A program made the translations under genes and the position numbers. DNA of 58,362 nt, the filler included, from Sphacelaria rigidula (lineage: Eukaryota): the NCBI GenBank assembly GCA_964200075.2. It is 5 parts of 5 records of this genome, joined end to end, with 100 filler letters (N's around TTAATTAATTAA, not from the genome) between each part and the next. Parts side by side here need not be neighbours in the genome. Positions count along the whole stretch, not along the records: positions 35,080 to 46,671 come from CAXNAA020004738.1; positions 46,772 to 58,362 come from CAXNAA020004739.1; 3 more parts are not named here. One strand, given 5' to 3'. Within the stretch, counting starts at the first letter, position 1; every line of letters starts with the position of its first letter. A model generated the notes under the pieces. That model ran no database searches. It had not been told where the DNA came from and was given only the letters and a program-made list of their open reading frames with translations. Shown piece by piece: positions 35,427-48,055 of this stretch.

Positions 35427-38400
35427 CTTTCATATTCCTCTTGGTTGACCTCTCGTGTTAAGGGCTCCAGACTTAGCCCCATGGCGTACAGGTCGTCCTC
35501 GTTACCGTAGCCGTTGTACGCAGGCGTGGTCACCTCTGTATGGTCCTATTCGAACGTTTTTCGTCCAGTGAATGAAAAACAAAATGTGTGTGTATGTGTG
35601 TTTATTTGGTTGCATATAAAGCAGGAAAAAAAGAGGGGATGGGGAGAGAAGACAAATGAACGCTTGGAACCTGATGAAAGAAAACATATATCACTTTCGG
35701 CATTTCATCAAAATCGTCGACGGCACAGCTTTTTACTGAGGGGGCGTACTTTTTACTGGCGGGGGGGGAATCTGGGTCATTCCTGTGAAACCCTCCGTAC
35801 ACCTCTCTTGAGTAACGCAAAACGTTCCCTGTAGGCACAACACCACGGATTACCTCTAGTGATAGGGCCCTCCTTCACCGGCAAAGGGATGAACGCCTGA
35901 CCTAAACCATCTTGTGGAGTAAAGGTCAGGTGCAAGGTATACTATAGAAGCTGCTAGAAAAGGCGGAAATTGATCACCATCATCATACCGTATGATGGAG
36001 GTTAGGAGTTTTCTAGTAACCTGCCGATGGGGAGAGGGAGGGGGGGGGGGGGGTACTCATGATTTGGCACGCCGTAGTCATAAGACTTTTGACCTCGCAT
36101 CCCCACAAAGCCGGGACGGAGCACGCCGGGTTTCGCCGGACCAGGCCCGCAATTAATCACCAAGCGCGAAGCGCCGCAACGTGTTCGGCGAGTCGCATAA
36201 AGGATGAGCTTCATCCTGCTAAGATTGTTCGGCCCGAAGCGCACTGATTATCTTGCATATGGATGACGGCCTCCAATCAACTGCTTCATTTTCTGGTATC
36301 GCCACTTCCAGAGACAGTCACGGCTTTTATACTGCCTTATGGGTGTCTCACCATAAAAACACAACGTAGTATGGTCATCCCCTTTGCGCCGAGTTGAGCT
36401 TCTCCCACCCCGTACAATACAATCTGGCTCGATCACCATCATGGTTGCCGCAAAAAAAACGAGTTCAAGATAAAGACGGTAACCTGGTTACCTAGCTTAC
36501 GCAGTGAGTGGCGTGCCTTTACAGCGTCATTGCCAATCGACGCCAACGCCATAAGGGGTCCGTCCCTACGAAGAACAGCCGACCATCGAAATAGAGGATG
36601 GAGCTTTTCATTGAGGATCAAAACCCGAAAAATTAAAAGCTTCGCTTCCAGGCCAATTCTTCGAAACATCGTTCCATTCCTTCATCTGCTATTATTGACA
36701 ACTACCACACGCCGAAAACGCTTGGATTCCGATGACCGAAATTTGGGGATCCTACGTGAAAAAACAATTATTGAGAAGTTACGTGATCCGATCGGATCAA
36801 TTTAATTCCCAGCATTTTTTCTTCAAATAGGACCTCCAATTTCCGGTGATCGGAATCTGACCTTTCATGGCGTGTAGTAGCTGTCAATATCTACCAGCAG
36901 ATGAAGGAATGGAGCCATATCTCGAAGAATTTGCGTGGATTCGAAGATTTTCATTTTCCGGGTTATCATCCTCAATGAAATGCTCCATCCTCGATTTCGA
37001 TGATCGGCTGTTAAAGCCGGGACGGAGCACGCTGGGTTTTCGCTGGACCAGGCTCAAGGCCCGCAGGACGGGGCGTGGGGGGTATCCGGTATCGTACAGG
37101 GCATCCGACTTCCAGACTCCGGACTTGTTCTATTCGTTGCTTTCTCAAATTCGCCTTTCGTCTTTTCATTTAAACCAGCGGTCGAAAGAGGGATCATTCC
37201 GAAGCAACATCACTTGTTCGTCGCTCGGCACTTGCGCTTTGTTGGATGACTTGTACTTTGGCTGGGTAGCTCTGTTGAGTGTAGCCAAAATCCCGACACA
37301 TTCGCGACACTTTCGTGATACTGTGATTCAGTATTTTGAGGTTGTGTAGGAGATAAGTATGTTATCAAAATAGTCAACGAGATCTCTCGACACATTCGCG
37401 TCTTGTTCGTGGCAATTCAGTTCTCACGGACTGGTTTAGATGACAACCATTTTCTTCTTGGAATAGCCAGCGTCAAATAACTCGCAACGCATCTCAGCTG
37501 TATTTCCCCAAGACCAAAAGGTGAAGACTTCGCACATTCGACTTACCTAGGTCGACATCTACTCACCACGGCGGACGAGACGGGCATTTATTTGAATAAG
37601 AGAGAAATAAAATACACGGGACCGAAAAACGACTGTTGTCGTCCTAACCAACCACAATGTCGTCGTGATGACCGACAACACGAGTGTTCCGCGGATAAAA
37701 TTTCGACAATCGACACTTTTTACGATAGCTCTTATGGTTTTGGGAGGAAAAATCTTCACGTAAATCGAAATGGGAAAAGCCGAACACAACGCGCAGCTGG
37801 GAATTCCCACGCTTGGGTTCGTTCCAGCCAATGTCCCCAATGTGCGGGGCTTCATGCCGCCTGAACCCAAACATCAGGCGCTATATGGCAATTTTTTTCG
37901 TGACCCCTTTGGGCTGGTTCCGGGGGGGGACTATCGTAGAAAGTGTTCATCATTGACATACTTCGATCATTCTGCACCTCGACTTCACCGTGGCTGACGG
38001 TCAGCGTTCGCTGGTGAATACCCCTCCTAGCATACCAGTCCTTCGTGCTGGAGTCGCACGCCATGAGCAGCAAGTGCCGACCGTACACGTTGATCGCCTC
38101 GCCGCACTGAAGATCCTCCCACGTCACGCTACTCACACGTTCGCGCTACGGCAGTAAACAGACGACACGCCCGTTGCGAATGACACAAGATGTACCATGG
38201 AATCATACTGAAAACTTGTTCGAATACACGGCTAATGAGGAGACTCAGCTCTTACAGTGAGCACCCACTCTACATATCACGCACGCGCGCGTGTGTGTGT
38301 TTCTGTGTCTTTGGAGCGGGATTAAGGAAGGAGGGAAAACGTAGATAGCAGGCAGTGACAACCCAAGGCCATTTCAGACTTCGGCGATCATGTCCGCAAG

Positions 38401-41400
38401 TGATAGCTCGCTCAATCGCATCAGTTGTACATCCTCAACTACATCGGGTGCAATGGTACTACTCAGTTCTTTTGCGTGAATATGCCCTCCGATACGTCGC
38501 AAACAGCGGGAGCTGAAATTCTTCATGGGTTCTTCGTCCACGAAGGAATGAAAAATGTAGCGCACAGCAGCCCTCGGAACCTCGGACGCTCTGCGCTACA
38601 CTCTTAGCAGAAGTGAAGCGAAGGGGATAGATACACGGTCGAAAAGCTTCCCAACGACCGGGCCAAAATAGTGGGCTCCTTTACGTTACATGTAATAACG
38701 CAGAGAAATGTACTACGTGATTAGGCTGTAGGGTTGATGCTGAACCTTAGATCGAGCAGATGCCTACAGTGGAGATGGGTTGGCTAAAGCCATGGTACAC
38801 ACAGTCGTGACCAAGAACAATCGAGTACGCGTGGAGTTCGGATCCCGTTTCGGAAAAGCTCTAGTATCGAGACGCCTTTGGGCCTTTACGACTTTTTTGG
38901 AAGGGGATATCCGACACGTAGACTCCACGTGCACTACACGAGTCCCTGGAGAACAACCCACGATACACCGTGCGAGATTGCTCGTTGTTGTCGAGGATGT
39001 TTTACCTCACGGAAGGGTTTACTGCGTCATTTTCAAGCAAATAAATACCAAGATTTGCGTGTGCAAGAGGACCTCAAAAACGAATAGCTTTTTCAGTCTT
39101 GTGTGTGAAACCATGAACATCCACTTCGGCTTCATCATCGTCGCCAATCACAAATCTTCCAAGGTTTTGTGCTGGAGGGCATACAGGCTGAAATTCGGGT
39201 ACAGTACTTACAAAAGCATGAAATAGGTATTTTGTCGGCGAATGTCCCTCCGGATCATCCTGAGTATTCGGTACAGGGCTCGACACCCTGTCAAACCATA
39301 CCGGGATGTTCGATACATTATTCGGTATGGTTTATAAAAAGTATACATTCCAAAAAGCATCAGTTTCGGGCATACAATATCCTACAAAATACAGCCTTGA
39401 AATATTCGGTTTTGCGACAGCACAGACGACTCCACCAGTGTCTCCTGCGCTCCCCTAACACAGTTGATGACGTTTCCCTAGCGGTTCATGTCCTGCATGA
39501 CTATTAAATCTTAGCCCACAGCGCGAAGCAAGCACGCGGCACCCTCTTCGTTTTTCCGAGCGTTTTTGTAGGTAGTGGCTCGTTCTTGAAAACCTATAGG
39601 ATGGAGAATGTATTTTCCCCTCCCGCACATGTGCGACAATCAACCACTCAATTCATCAATGTGAACTCATCGCTGAGCCCCCGGAATTGTTGCCAGACTG
39701 TTGATGTTGATCATCGGGGGGTACATCATCGGTTCCACAACTGCTTGGACCACCCTTCCAAATCCAGGTCGCTCTCCGTGGCATGAGTGATTGGTGCAAC
39801 GCCAATGGTTCACGTCGGGGAAATATTTGTTCACATCGTGTGCCGGTGTGCAAAACTCCCGTGCTCCTTGGTACGTCCTGCAGAGCCGTTTGAACTTGGC
39901 TCATTGGCGTATTAACGTTACTGTGGGGCTGCAAAAGAAAACAAGAGACTCAGGAGCTGTGTTTCCAACCATTGAACGGGTGATCGGGTGATTCGTTGAC
40001 TGCTTGACTGATTGGTTGTCGCGCATTGACTCATCACCGAGGTAGTCATAATCCAGCCGGAGTCACAAGATGGACGTACACAAGGTAACGCAAACGGAAA
40101 CACTTGCCACAAAATAAACATGAGAAACGGGGGAAGATAAAAGGGAGAAAAAAGCCGGAATAGACGGAGAAAATGTGGACAACGGTTATCGCTGATGCTA
40201 ACGGTCAGGCAGGGTGTGTGTGTTTTTCGGTATATCTTTGACACGTGTTTGAACAGGCGAACGGTCCACGGCCAAGTTGAATCGAACTGTGAAGGACAGC
40301 TTCGTCAAAACAACTTAGCGAAACAAAATCGTGTCCGTCGTGGACAGCCACCATTAACGCCTTTCAAAGAGAGGCTAAACACATATGCACTACAAAATAT
40401 ACCCTGCAGCACTGTACCCGTCTCGAGCAAGGTACCTGAGGGTCCCTGGGACTGATTACCCCACCGTACCCGGTGGGCACGAACATGGAGTCTTTCGGGA
40501 GTTTTTGGCGTCGTAGGAGGTTGGGGAAGTTATGCCGACCCTCAGCAGCAACCTGGGTAACATAAATATCCATTACATTCAGCGTCGAATAACGCGAACA
40601 AGCGGACGTGAGACCATACGGAGTATGACGATAAGAGTGTACAAGTAATCGGTGACCCCCAAAGTGAAATATCGAAAACCGACGGTTTCGAGTAGGATTC
40701 GCTCACAAAAAAAGCATAACTCGAGTTTGTTGCACGTGGCTACAAACGCAAACACACAACTTGGCTTTGTTTCGATGTTGGAAGCTGATTACCCACGCGC
40801 GTAAGTTCGCGTTTCTTGGTAACTTAAAACGAAAAGAGCAATGGACGGGGGGTTTCATGCAGACACAGAGACACATGAAGAGCATGTTGATGTCTTCCGA
40901 CAGAAAAGGAGAAGACGGCACAAAGTCTGGGAGGTATGAGATGGGGTCTTGTTCCGTTTCATGTCGATCGACGATAGAAACGGTGCGATACACGAGCAGC
41001 GGAATATCCCCTCGCCTCTCCTCCTGAAAAAACGTTCCTGTACAATGAAGTAACTTGTCTCAGCTATCGCATTGTCAAGTAACTTGGTTCGACTATGCTC
41101 GGATGAAGTAACTCGTCCCAGGTAGTCTAACATCTTGTGATGTGGTCCACCTATACTCAGTTCAATTGTTGACTTTCCCACTCAAACATCAAGTCATTCG
41201 TTCAATGTAGGAATACGTGTGTCAGTAGTTTCAAAGAGGATGTGGCACATCCCTCCCTCCTCTGGAGCCGAGACAATAATGAGGCAGTGTAACCCATAGC
41301 TGTCTCTGGAAGTGGCAATACCAAAAAATGAAGCAACTCATTGGAAGCTGTCATCCGCATACAAGATCAACAGTACGGACACTTTCTACGATAGCCCCCC

Positions 41401-44400
41401 CCCCAAAAGGGCCTGGTTTGGGGAGGCAAAATCTTGACGTGAATAGAAATGAAACAAAGCCGAGATGAGGCGCTTCATACAGCCTGAACCCAAACATCAG
41501 GCGCTGTATGACCATTTTTTTTGTGACACTTTTGGGCTGGTTTTTTTGGGGGGGGCTATCGTAGAAAGTGTCTACGCTTCTGGCTGAACAATCTTAGCAG
41601 GATGCAGCTCAGCCTTCATGCGACTCGCCGAACATATCACGGCGCTTCGCGCTTGGTGATCGATTGCGAATCTGGTCCGACGAAAACTCGGCGCGCTCCA
41701 CCGCGGTTTGGTAGGGATGCGAGGTCCATGGTCTTTCGGCTACAACATACAAGATGACGAGTAAACGCCCTCCGGGGCGCCGAAAAAAACAAAAACGTGT
41801 TGGGTTCCAGGATGGTTTTACACTATCCTATTGTGATGACAGCTCATCATGTTTTGTTTTGTGCTCCACAGCAGACCTTGCGGGAAAGCTTTGCTAATCT
41901 AATGCCACTCTCACACCCTAACCCCCGCCCCCCCGCGCGCTCCTTATACAATAGAACCACTGTTGCACCGTGGTAACTTCACCTCCTTGATCTCGACGGT
42001 GTCGTTAAGCAGATAATAGTACAGTATGTAGTCGCGCTTGTCTCCCTGGAGGCGACTGTCCTTGTACTTGCAGAAAAATCTCAGAACTTTCCGATCCTTT
42101 TTGTAGAATTCCCCTTTCTCGCGGGCTGGCATCATGGACCTCTTGGTCGGGACGGACGCCCTAGCCCTCAGCGCGCCGTACCCGTCTTCCGGGTAGTCCT
42201 CCGCAGCCTTGAGTGGGCGTCCGAGACATCTCTCGAACCACTGCCTAGTGTTCAGATCGGCGTCCACAATCCTAAACCGGCGACCGTGAATCCAGATCTC
42301 TTCTCCCACTCCGAAATCCGCTGGTGTGTAGATATCACCGTTCGATCGGTTATTCTTGTGGCGGCTGCTGTTCCCCTTATTGCCCCCCTTGAGAACCCCA
42401 GCATCCTTTGGGATGCCACTGCTGCTAGCAGTGCCGTTGGCTTTTGCGTGCAAGCTCTTCTTGAAGAGCGGTGCGGGTGCGGGGTTATTTTTGTTTTCAT
42501 CTTGAGGCTGAGCGGGATTCCGTAAGCGACTGTTAAGCGGCCGTGTCACCTGAAGGTGGAGTACCAAGCACTGAGGAAATTAAAAAAGAACTCGTGTTAT
42601 ATTCGAAAAAATCACGAGTGGAGCAAGGGATGCCGAAGGCTAGAATCTTGAAGCTCTCCATTACCCTCGCGGAGGGAAACGTTCATCCTCTGGGCGCTCA
42701 AATGTTTCCGACACGTTCTCTACTTTGGTATCTCAGTTGATGTTTTCATTGCCCTTATTTTGCATGGGATCATTCTAGGCGACCGTGTTTCGGGCGCACA
42801 GAACGGCACAATAGCGGACAAACATCGCCAAAACACACAGAAACTTTGTACATTGCAACCAGATGCGAATGAAAAAAAAGTGAAAACTCGGGTATTTTTC
42901 GAGAATCAATCGCGATTTAAACAAAGCACGCCTCCACTGCGCCCACCGCAACGGCGACAATTTCCCAACAGGGGCAGGAAGGTGGCGACGGCGTATGAGC
43001 ATCGCAGGGGTGCTCTATAAAATACTACGCGGCGTGTTGAGCGGGTACGATTAGCAATAGTACCGTCTCCGCTGGCGCTCTACTACACGGGTTTAAAGCG
43101 GGACTGAGTATGATGTGACTGTCGTCAACATTTGAGCAATGGGAATGTAGGAAGGTGAGCATGGTTTGAGGTGAGGCGGCAGAGCTGAGTAGTACCCCAT
43201 GCTATGAGATGAGTGACTGGCAGTACCGTTGTGACTTTGGTTTCGACAGAGTGAGCAAGGCACCAAAACGCCCCAAAGCTCACAAATATCTCAGCTGGCC
43301 ATATGTTGAGGCTCGCGTCAGAATGATATTTTATACCGCTGCGAGTATACTGGGGTAAAACGAGTACTCGCACTTTGGAATCAATTAGCACTTGCTAAAC
43401 ACTCTCTCTGTCCATTCCCCCCGAAGCTCAAAAATGTAAACTTCGGGGATGCTGATATCTTCTTCGAGTCTACCCGCCCCTCCTTGAGGTTGATGCATGA
43501 TGAAGGGAAGCTGGTGTACCCTTGTAGTTTTTGTGTTACTCCTAAATGGCTGTTCCGCGTATACTACCCCAGATTATACTTGGTAATGTGCATCCTTGCC
43601 TGCAGGCGCCTCATGAATTTTCCCTGGGTTAACCCGCTGTTAGTGATGCGAGGCTCCTCGATGGATATCGTGTTGTCCGCCAAAAAATACCTGCGAACGT
43701 TCGGGGGACCGATGGTTGTGGGTCTGTTCCATGTGCCGTGGCTCTCTTCAAAGCAATGCAGACCTTTTGGGAGCGAGCGATCGCCCTTTGACCGCCGAAA
43801 CCATTTGACCACTGGGCACCCATTCCCCACGTTCTTGCTTCATCTGACGTTCACACAGATATCAACGCAAATCATGAAGATGGTGACGTCCATGAACAAG
43901 GACTACCGTACGTATGTCACTGTAGAAACTAGCCAACCTCGTGCAAATAGCGCCTGATATTACCTAAACCCACATTATGCTAAACTTTCGCACACGGAAC
44001 CCCGTAGCGTCCATGCTTCCGCCCTCGTGCACCGGCTCCTGAAAGTAAGCGAAGAACCGAAGCACCTGATTTTCTTTGGTGATGTAGTCGGGCACGCAGC
44101 TTCCCTCGGACCTGCGACCGGGGACACTTGAGCCCGCCGTGCCTGGTCTAGTGCCTTCGCCGTAGCCGCGGAGGATGGGTTGTGATTGGGACGGTCGGAT
44201 CATTCCAGATGTTCCGGGTCGTTCTCCTCGCAGCATCTGTTCTTTGTAAATCCAGATAGAGGAACATTGGGGAATTTTAGACAGGTATGAGAGCGAAGCT
44301 GTGGGAACTGATAGAGGAGAAAATTAAATGGCCTGGAATGTGACATTAATGTTGCCAACCCTTTGTAGCGAGTGTCGCGGTATGAAATAAATTGCCACGT

Positions 44401-45132
44401 TTGACAGAGTGCCATTCAAGGGAAAATGAAATCATTTTACGCACGTCTAAGGAAACATGTACTGCATGTAGCATTTGGTCCAGACCTGTACGTCACACGG
44501 AGCATACGTACTGCACATTAGGCGATGCCATGTAGCAAGCATGCCATACGACAAGTAGCGCAGCATGCACTGTTTGCGACTTTCGAGCTGGAAAGAAAGT
44601 ACTGCAGAGTTGTAGTGAGTCGCCAGCTGTACGGAAGGCTGTGCATGGCTGCGCATCCAACGTTATAGTGCGCAGCCTTAGACGATGGACTCAACGCATT
44701 GCTGCAGATGCAATGCAACATTACTATACTCAGATGGGGTAGACTACACATACGGAGAGCTTGCAGCCGTCTGTACGCCCTTGTGACCCGCACCACTCCC
44801 GGTCCATGGACAACTTCCCCTGCAACCGTCATACAGCCTGTACAAGTATGCATGTAGATGTGGAGCAAATAAGCAAGTATGAAGAATGGTAGACTAACTG
44901 ATGGTGTAAAAATGCTTGACCATCTTAGCACATCTACGCCATGGTATCAAAAAGAGTGTTGTAGAACCCTTGGGTCCGGCTGCATTTTTGTTTGTAAGTC
45001 TGCCGAATGAAGATAGTATCTTGCCTGTACGTAGGGCCCGTGTCCACGCCGGATGCCCGGAACCATGGGAAAGTCTGACGCGGATGCCGATGTAGGCAGC
45101 GCCGGCATGCTAGAAGCCCATCGTTCAGGCAT
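35427..45132 (-). CDS. EFHC1/RIB72: DM10-domain flagellar/axonemal microtubule inner protein, EFHC1/EFHC2/Rib72 family (3'-partial)
   Basis: Phase-consistent exons 45132-45031, 44236-43974, 43690-43600 (GC donor), 42549-41983, 40552-40460, 38145-~37978, 35545-35427. Motifs: FPMVPG; VLRFFAYFQEPVHE..FRVRKFSIMYFLADNTISIEEPRITNSGLTQGKFMRR; YTPADFGVGEEIWIHGRRFRIVDADLNTRQW; DRKVLRFF..YYLLNDTVEIKE..GRHNFPNLLRRQKLPK; TWEDLQCGEAINVYGRHLLLMACDSSTKDWY; PAYNGYGNEDD. Paralog (EFHC1 vs EFHC2) not resolved. Confidence 0.92.
36574..37012. mobile_element. ~440-bp near-palindromic foldback element nested in a family A repeat inside an EFHC intron
   Basis: Left AACAGCCGACCATCGAAATAGAGGATGGAGC... pairs with right ...GCTCCATCCTCGATTTCGATGATCGGCTGTT along its whole length; perfect centre TGATCCGATCGGATCA (36784-36799). 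Flanks GAAG/AAAG; the empty site is seen at ~47000. Confidence 0.85.
37712..37947. mobile_element. MITE family B copy (TIR GACACTTTCTACGATAGC)
   Basis: GACACTTTTTACGATAGC ... CTATCGTAGAAAGTGTT; internal GCCTGAACCCAAACATCAGGCGCT shared with the 41378 copy. Confidence 0.8.
41378..41572. mobile_element. MITE family B copy with exact 4-bp TSD (TACG), nested in a family A repeat
   Basis: TACG|GACACTTTCTACGATAGCCCCCC ... GGGGGGCTATCGTAGAAAGTGTC|TACG. The homologous family A copy at ~36240 has a single 4-mer at this site. Confidence 0.9.
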
Positions 45133-45570
45133 CTCCCTAAACCACGACGTTGGTTGCTGTGAGTGCCGTCAAACCGTGTTGGCCATTCGGAAATATGTCC
45201 AACGTTTGCGCCAGCTTCCGCTATCGCGAGTCAGCGTTGCTTCGTCTATGTGCGGTAGAAGCAGCTTGGGCGTGCTTATTTACTTGTGCCCCAAGTGCCT
45301 GTCTCTACACTCGACCGGTGCCAGGTGCGGAGAATCAATTGAAAAAACGTGACGGTTTCACCCATCTCTGCGGTTTCAAGGGCACGGCCAAGCTCTGGCG
45401 CTCGGCGCGGGTAGTCTGTAGCGCGAACTCGCGGTGTCGGGGACAGCAGCAATATCACGTCCTGCTCGGACAGGAAGATGACTACGGATGCGTGCCTTCC
45501 GTCTCCATGTTGTGTGCTTTCTGTGTCTCTATTAACCTCCCTTGCACCCGGAGCATTCAACCACGCCTAG

Positions 45571-48055
45571 CTGACGCCGAGGACGAACACCGCGCAGTTG
45601 CACGGTGCGGCGGTGCGGTGGTGTGTACGACCAAATAGAAAATATCGTCGACCTGCTACAAGTAGAGCTCCGTAAATCTTTGGTGTAATGGATAATGACA
45701 GCAAGTCTGGTCCTTCGGTTATTTGTGGAGCAGCAGCCACGCACGTGCTGTAATGTACAGTTGTACACGGGTCTTGAAAAATGAGCACCGTATTATCATG
45801 TGTACACATCTCGTTTGTTGATACACCGAACGCCCTTGCTCGCAAACATCGGGCGCTGTAACTCTGAGACCGCACAAGTGATGAGATACGGGTGCAGCTT
45901 CTTCAGGTGCGGCGGGTTTTTCGACCAATAGACAACCTTCCGTGAGATTAGGAGGAAGCGCTTGGGAAGGACCTCCTGCGTTCCTTTCGTGTTTGAGTGT
46001 GTTTGAGTTCATTGGCAGAGGATTAGAGGATTGTAGATAAGCCACAGTGATGTTGACACACTCTGCATATATATTAGCAGGGGTCATGAGCCTGTGCGAT
46101 CGTTTGGAGCGGTGCAAGTACAAGACGCGGGTGCGCAAGGGACCAAGGCTTGACTATGAAGCGGGTATAATAGGCAAAGATACCGGCTGTGAAACGCTGG
46201 CATATTCTAATCCTGAAAGTTTTGGCCTGAAGCACCAGTAGCCGACACAGTCGCAGCAGGGTGTCATTATGGAGCGATATTCGCAGAGATCACTCGGACG
46301 TGCTTCGACAGTTGGCCCCGTTTGCCGCAGCGGGAGGGCTATCTGTTCGTTCCGGGCATGTCCAAGCAATCGAAGCGTATCTAGGGTGATCGACCGAAGA
46401 CTCGCATGGCCGTTGCTGTGTAGTCGGTCTCATACTTTGGGCCGGCGAGGGATAGCGGATGTCACTGGGATGAGACAACAAGTGGGAAGAAGCTGCACTC
46501 TCGGGGGCTTGGGTACCCTTCGGTGTACTCCGAGCCGCAGTTACATTTGAGATGTGGCAATATGTGCAGATAGATACGCCACGAGACGAGAGCACGAGAA
46601 ACAGTGTTTTCGTGAGATTGAGAGTAGATGATACGATTGAGAGTGAAAAGCGGTCAATCAGTGAATGAATCNNNNNNNNNNNNNNNNNNNNNNNNNNNNN
46701 NNNNNNNNNNNNNNNTTAATTAATTAANNNNNNNNNNNNNNNNNNNNNNNNNNNNNNNNNNNNNNNNNNNNCATGGGTGTCTCACCATTTAAACACTACG
46801 TAGTACGATCATCCCACTTGTGCGGAGTTGAGGTTCTACCACGCCGCACAACATGATCTAGCTTGACTACCATCATGGTTACCGCAAAAAAAAGCAAGCG
46901 CGAAAAATAATTCGGAAAGTTTGCCTAGCTTACGCAGTGAGTGGCGTGTTTTATAGCGTCATCGCGAACCGATGCCAACCTCGTCGGGGGCCCGCCCCTA
47001 TAAGCCGGGACGGAGCACGCCGGGTTCTCGGGAGGGGAGAGGAAGGGAGGGGGGGGGGGGCTCGTGTCCGAAAAAAAATCTCGACAGACCCTTGATTCAA
47101 GTCTTGATTTTTCTAAAACCATCCATCATTTCTTCGATGCGGGGTGCGGTCATTTCTCCGTGGTAATATTTCGGCCTTTTGGGGGAGGGGCTGTCGCAAC
47201 ATCACTCCTGAGCATGGCCGGGACAGAATGCAGCCGCAAAATATAGTGTTCTTGTGTGCACTCCAGTGGGTACACTATGCTCGTATATGCTCCTTCAACG
47301 TGCAGACCCGGCCCGATGAAGAAAGCGGACTAACGTACATATTCATGAAGAGAAGGTGCGGACCTACATTCATGCCCTGCCACGAAGTCAGACACGACAA
47401 GCTACGACCACCCTGAAATAAACATAGCTGGAAACACGCAGCAAAAAACATGCCGGGGCATTTTTGGCCAAGATATCCATGCACTCGTCTCGACGGACCA
47501 GGTTTGTGCCTTGCTAGATCAGACTCGGTTGATTGTCACAAAACCGCCCTGCTGACGAGGTGGGGGAGTGTGTTGATCCACTTCTTGACGGTAAATTGCA
47601 AGGCCGATGCTACGGAAGAGCCTGCGGGATGATCCCTCGACACTATGGACATGTCTCGAAGAAAGAGAGGGGTTGAAAACAAGATGGAAAATAAGGAGGC
47701 GTTTCCCGGCTGGCCTGCCTCCAGAAGGGCAAAAAAATGTCATGAAGAAATGACCATAAACGCATCGAGATGATGGGCGATTTCAGAAACAAGGTCTTAG
47801 AATTCACTGAAAGAAATGCAGATAGCTGGTTTTAGAAGCCAGACGTCATTATTTTCACGTCTAATGCAGATAGCGGGTTTCAGAAACCAGGGCTTGACAC
47901 ATGCTTGAGAGAATGCAGATGTATACAGCTGATCTCAGAAATCAGCTCCAAAACACCTCACACATGTAGATTTTTTCTCGGTCCCCATTCCACTTTCCCG
48001 GGGGGGCACTACCGAGACATCACTCAATTGTCAGCTCTCACGACCTTTCAGGTGA
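45571..48055 (+). CDS. Possible small multi-exon gene of unknown function, divergent from the EFHC gene
   Basis: Short exon-like segments with AG/GT borders and compatible phases (45571-45604, 46080-46129, 47306-47355, 47518-47559, stop 48053-48055) giving LTPRTNTAQLHGVMSLCDRLERCKYKTR...TRPDEESGLTYIFMKRRSDSVDCHKTALLTR*. No recognisable domain or clear start, and it spans a gap. Confidence 0.25.
46672..46771. other. Assembly gap with TTAATTAATTAA spacer
   Basis: 100-bp N-run with central linker. Confidence 0.97.

Noticed and set aside
39656-39880. Exon-like segment inside the EFHC gene
   Set aside because: No frame resembles DM10, and exons 40460 and 38145 join in phase to give a continuous domain without it.
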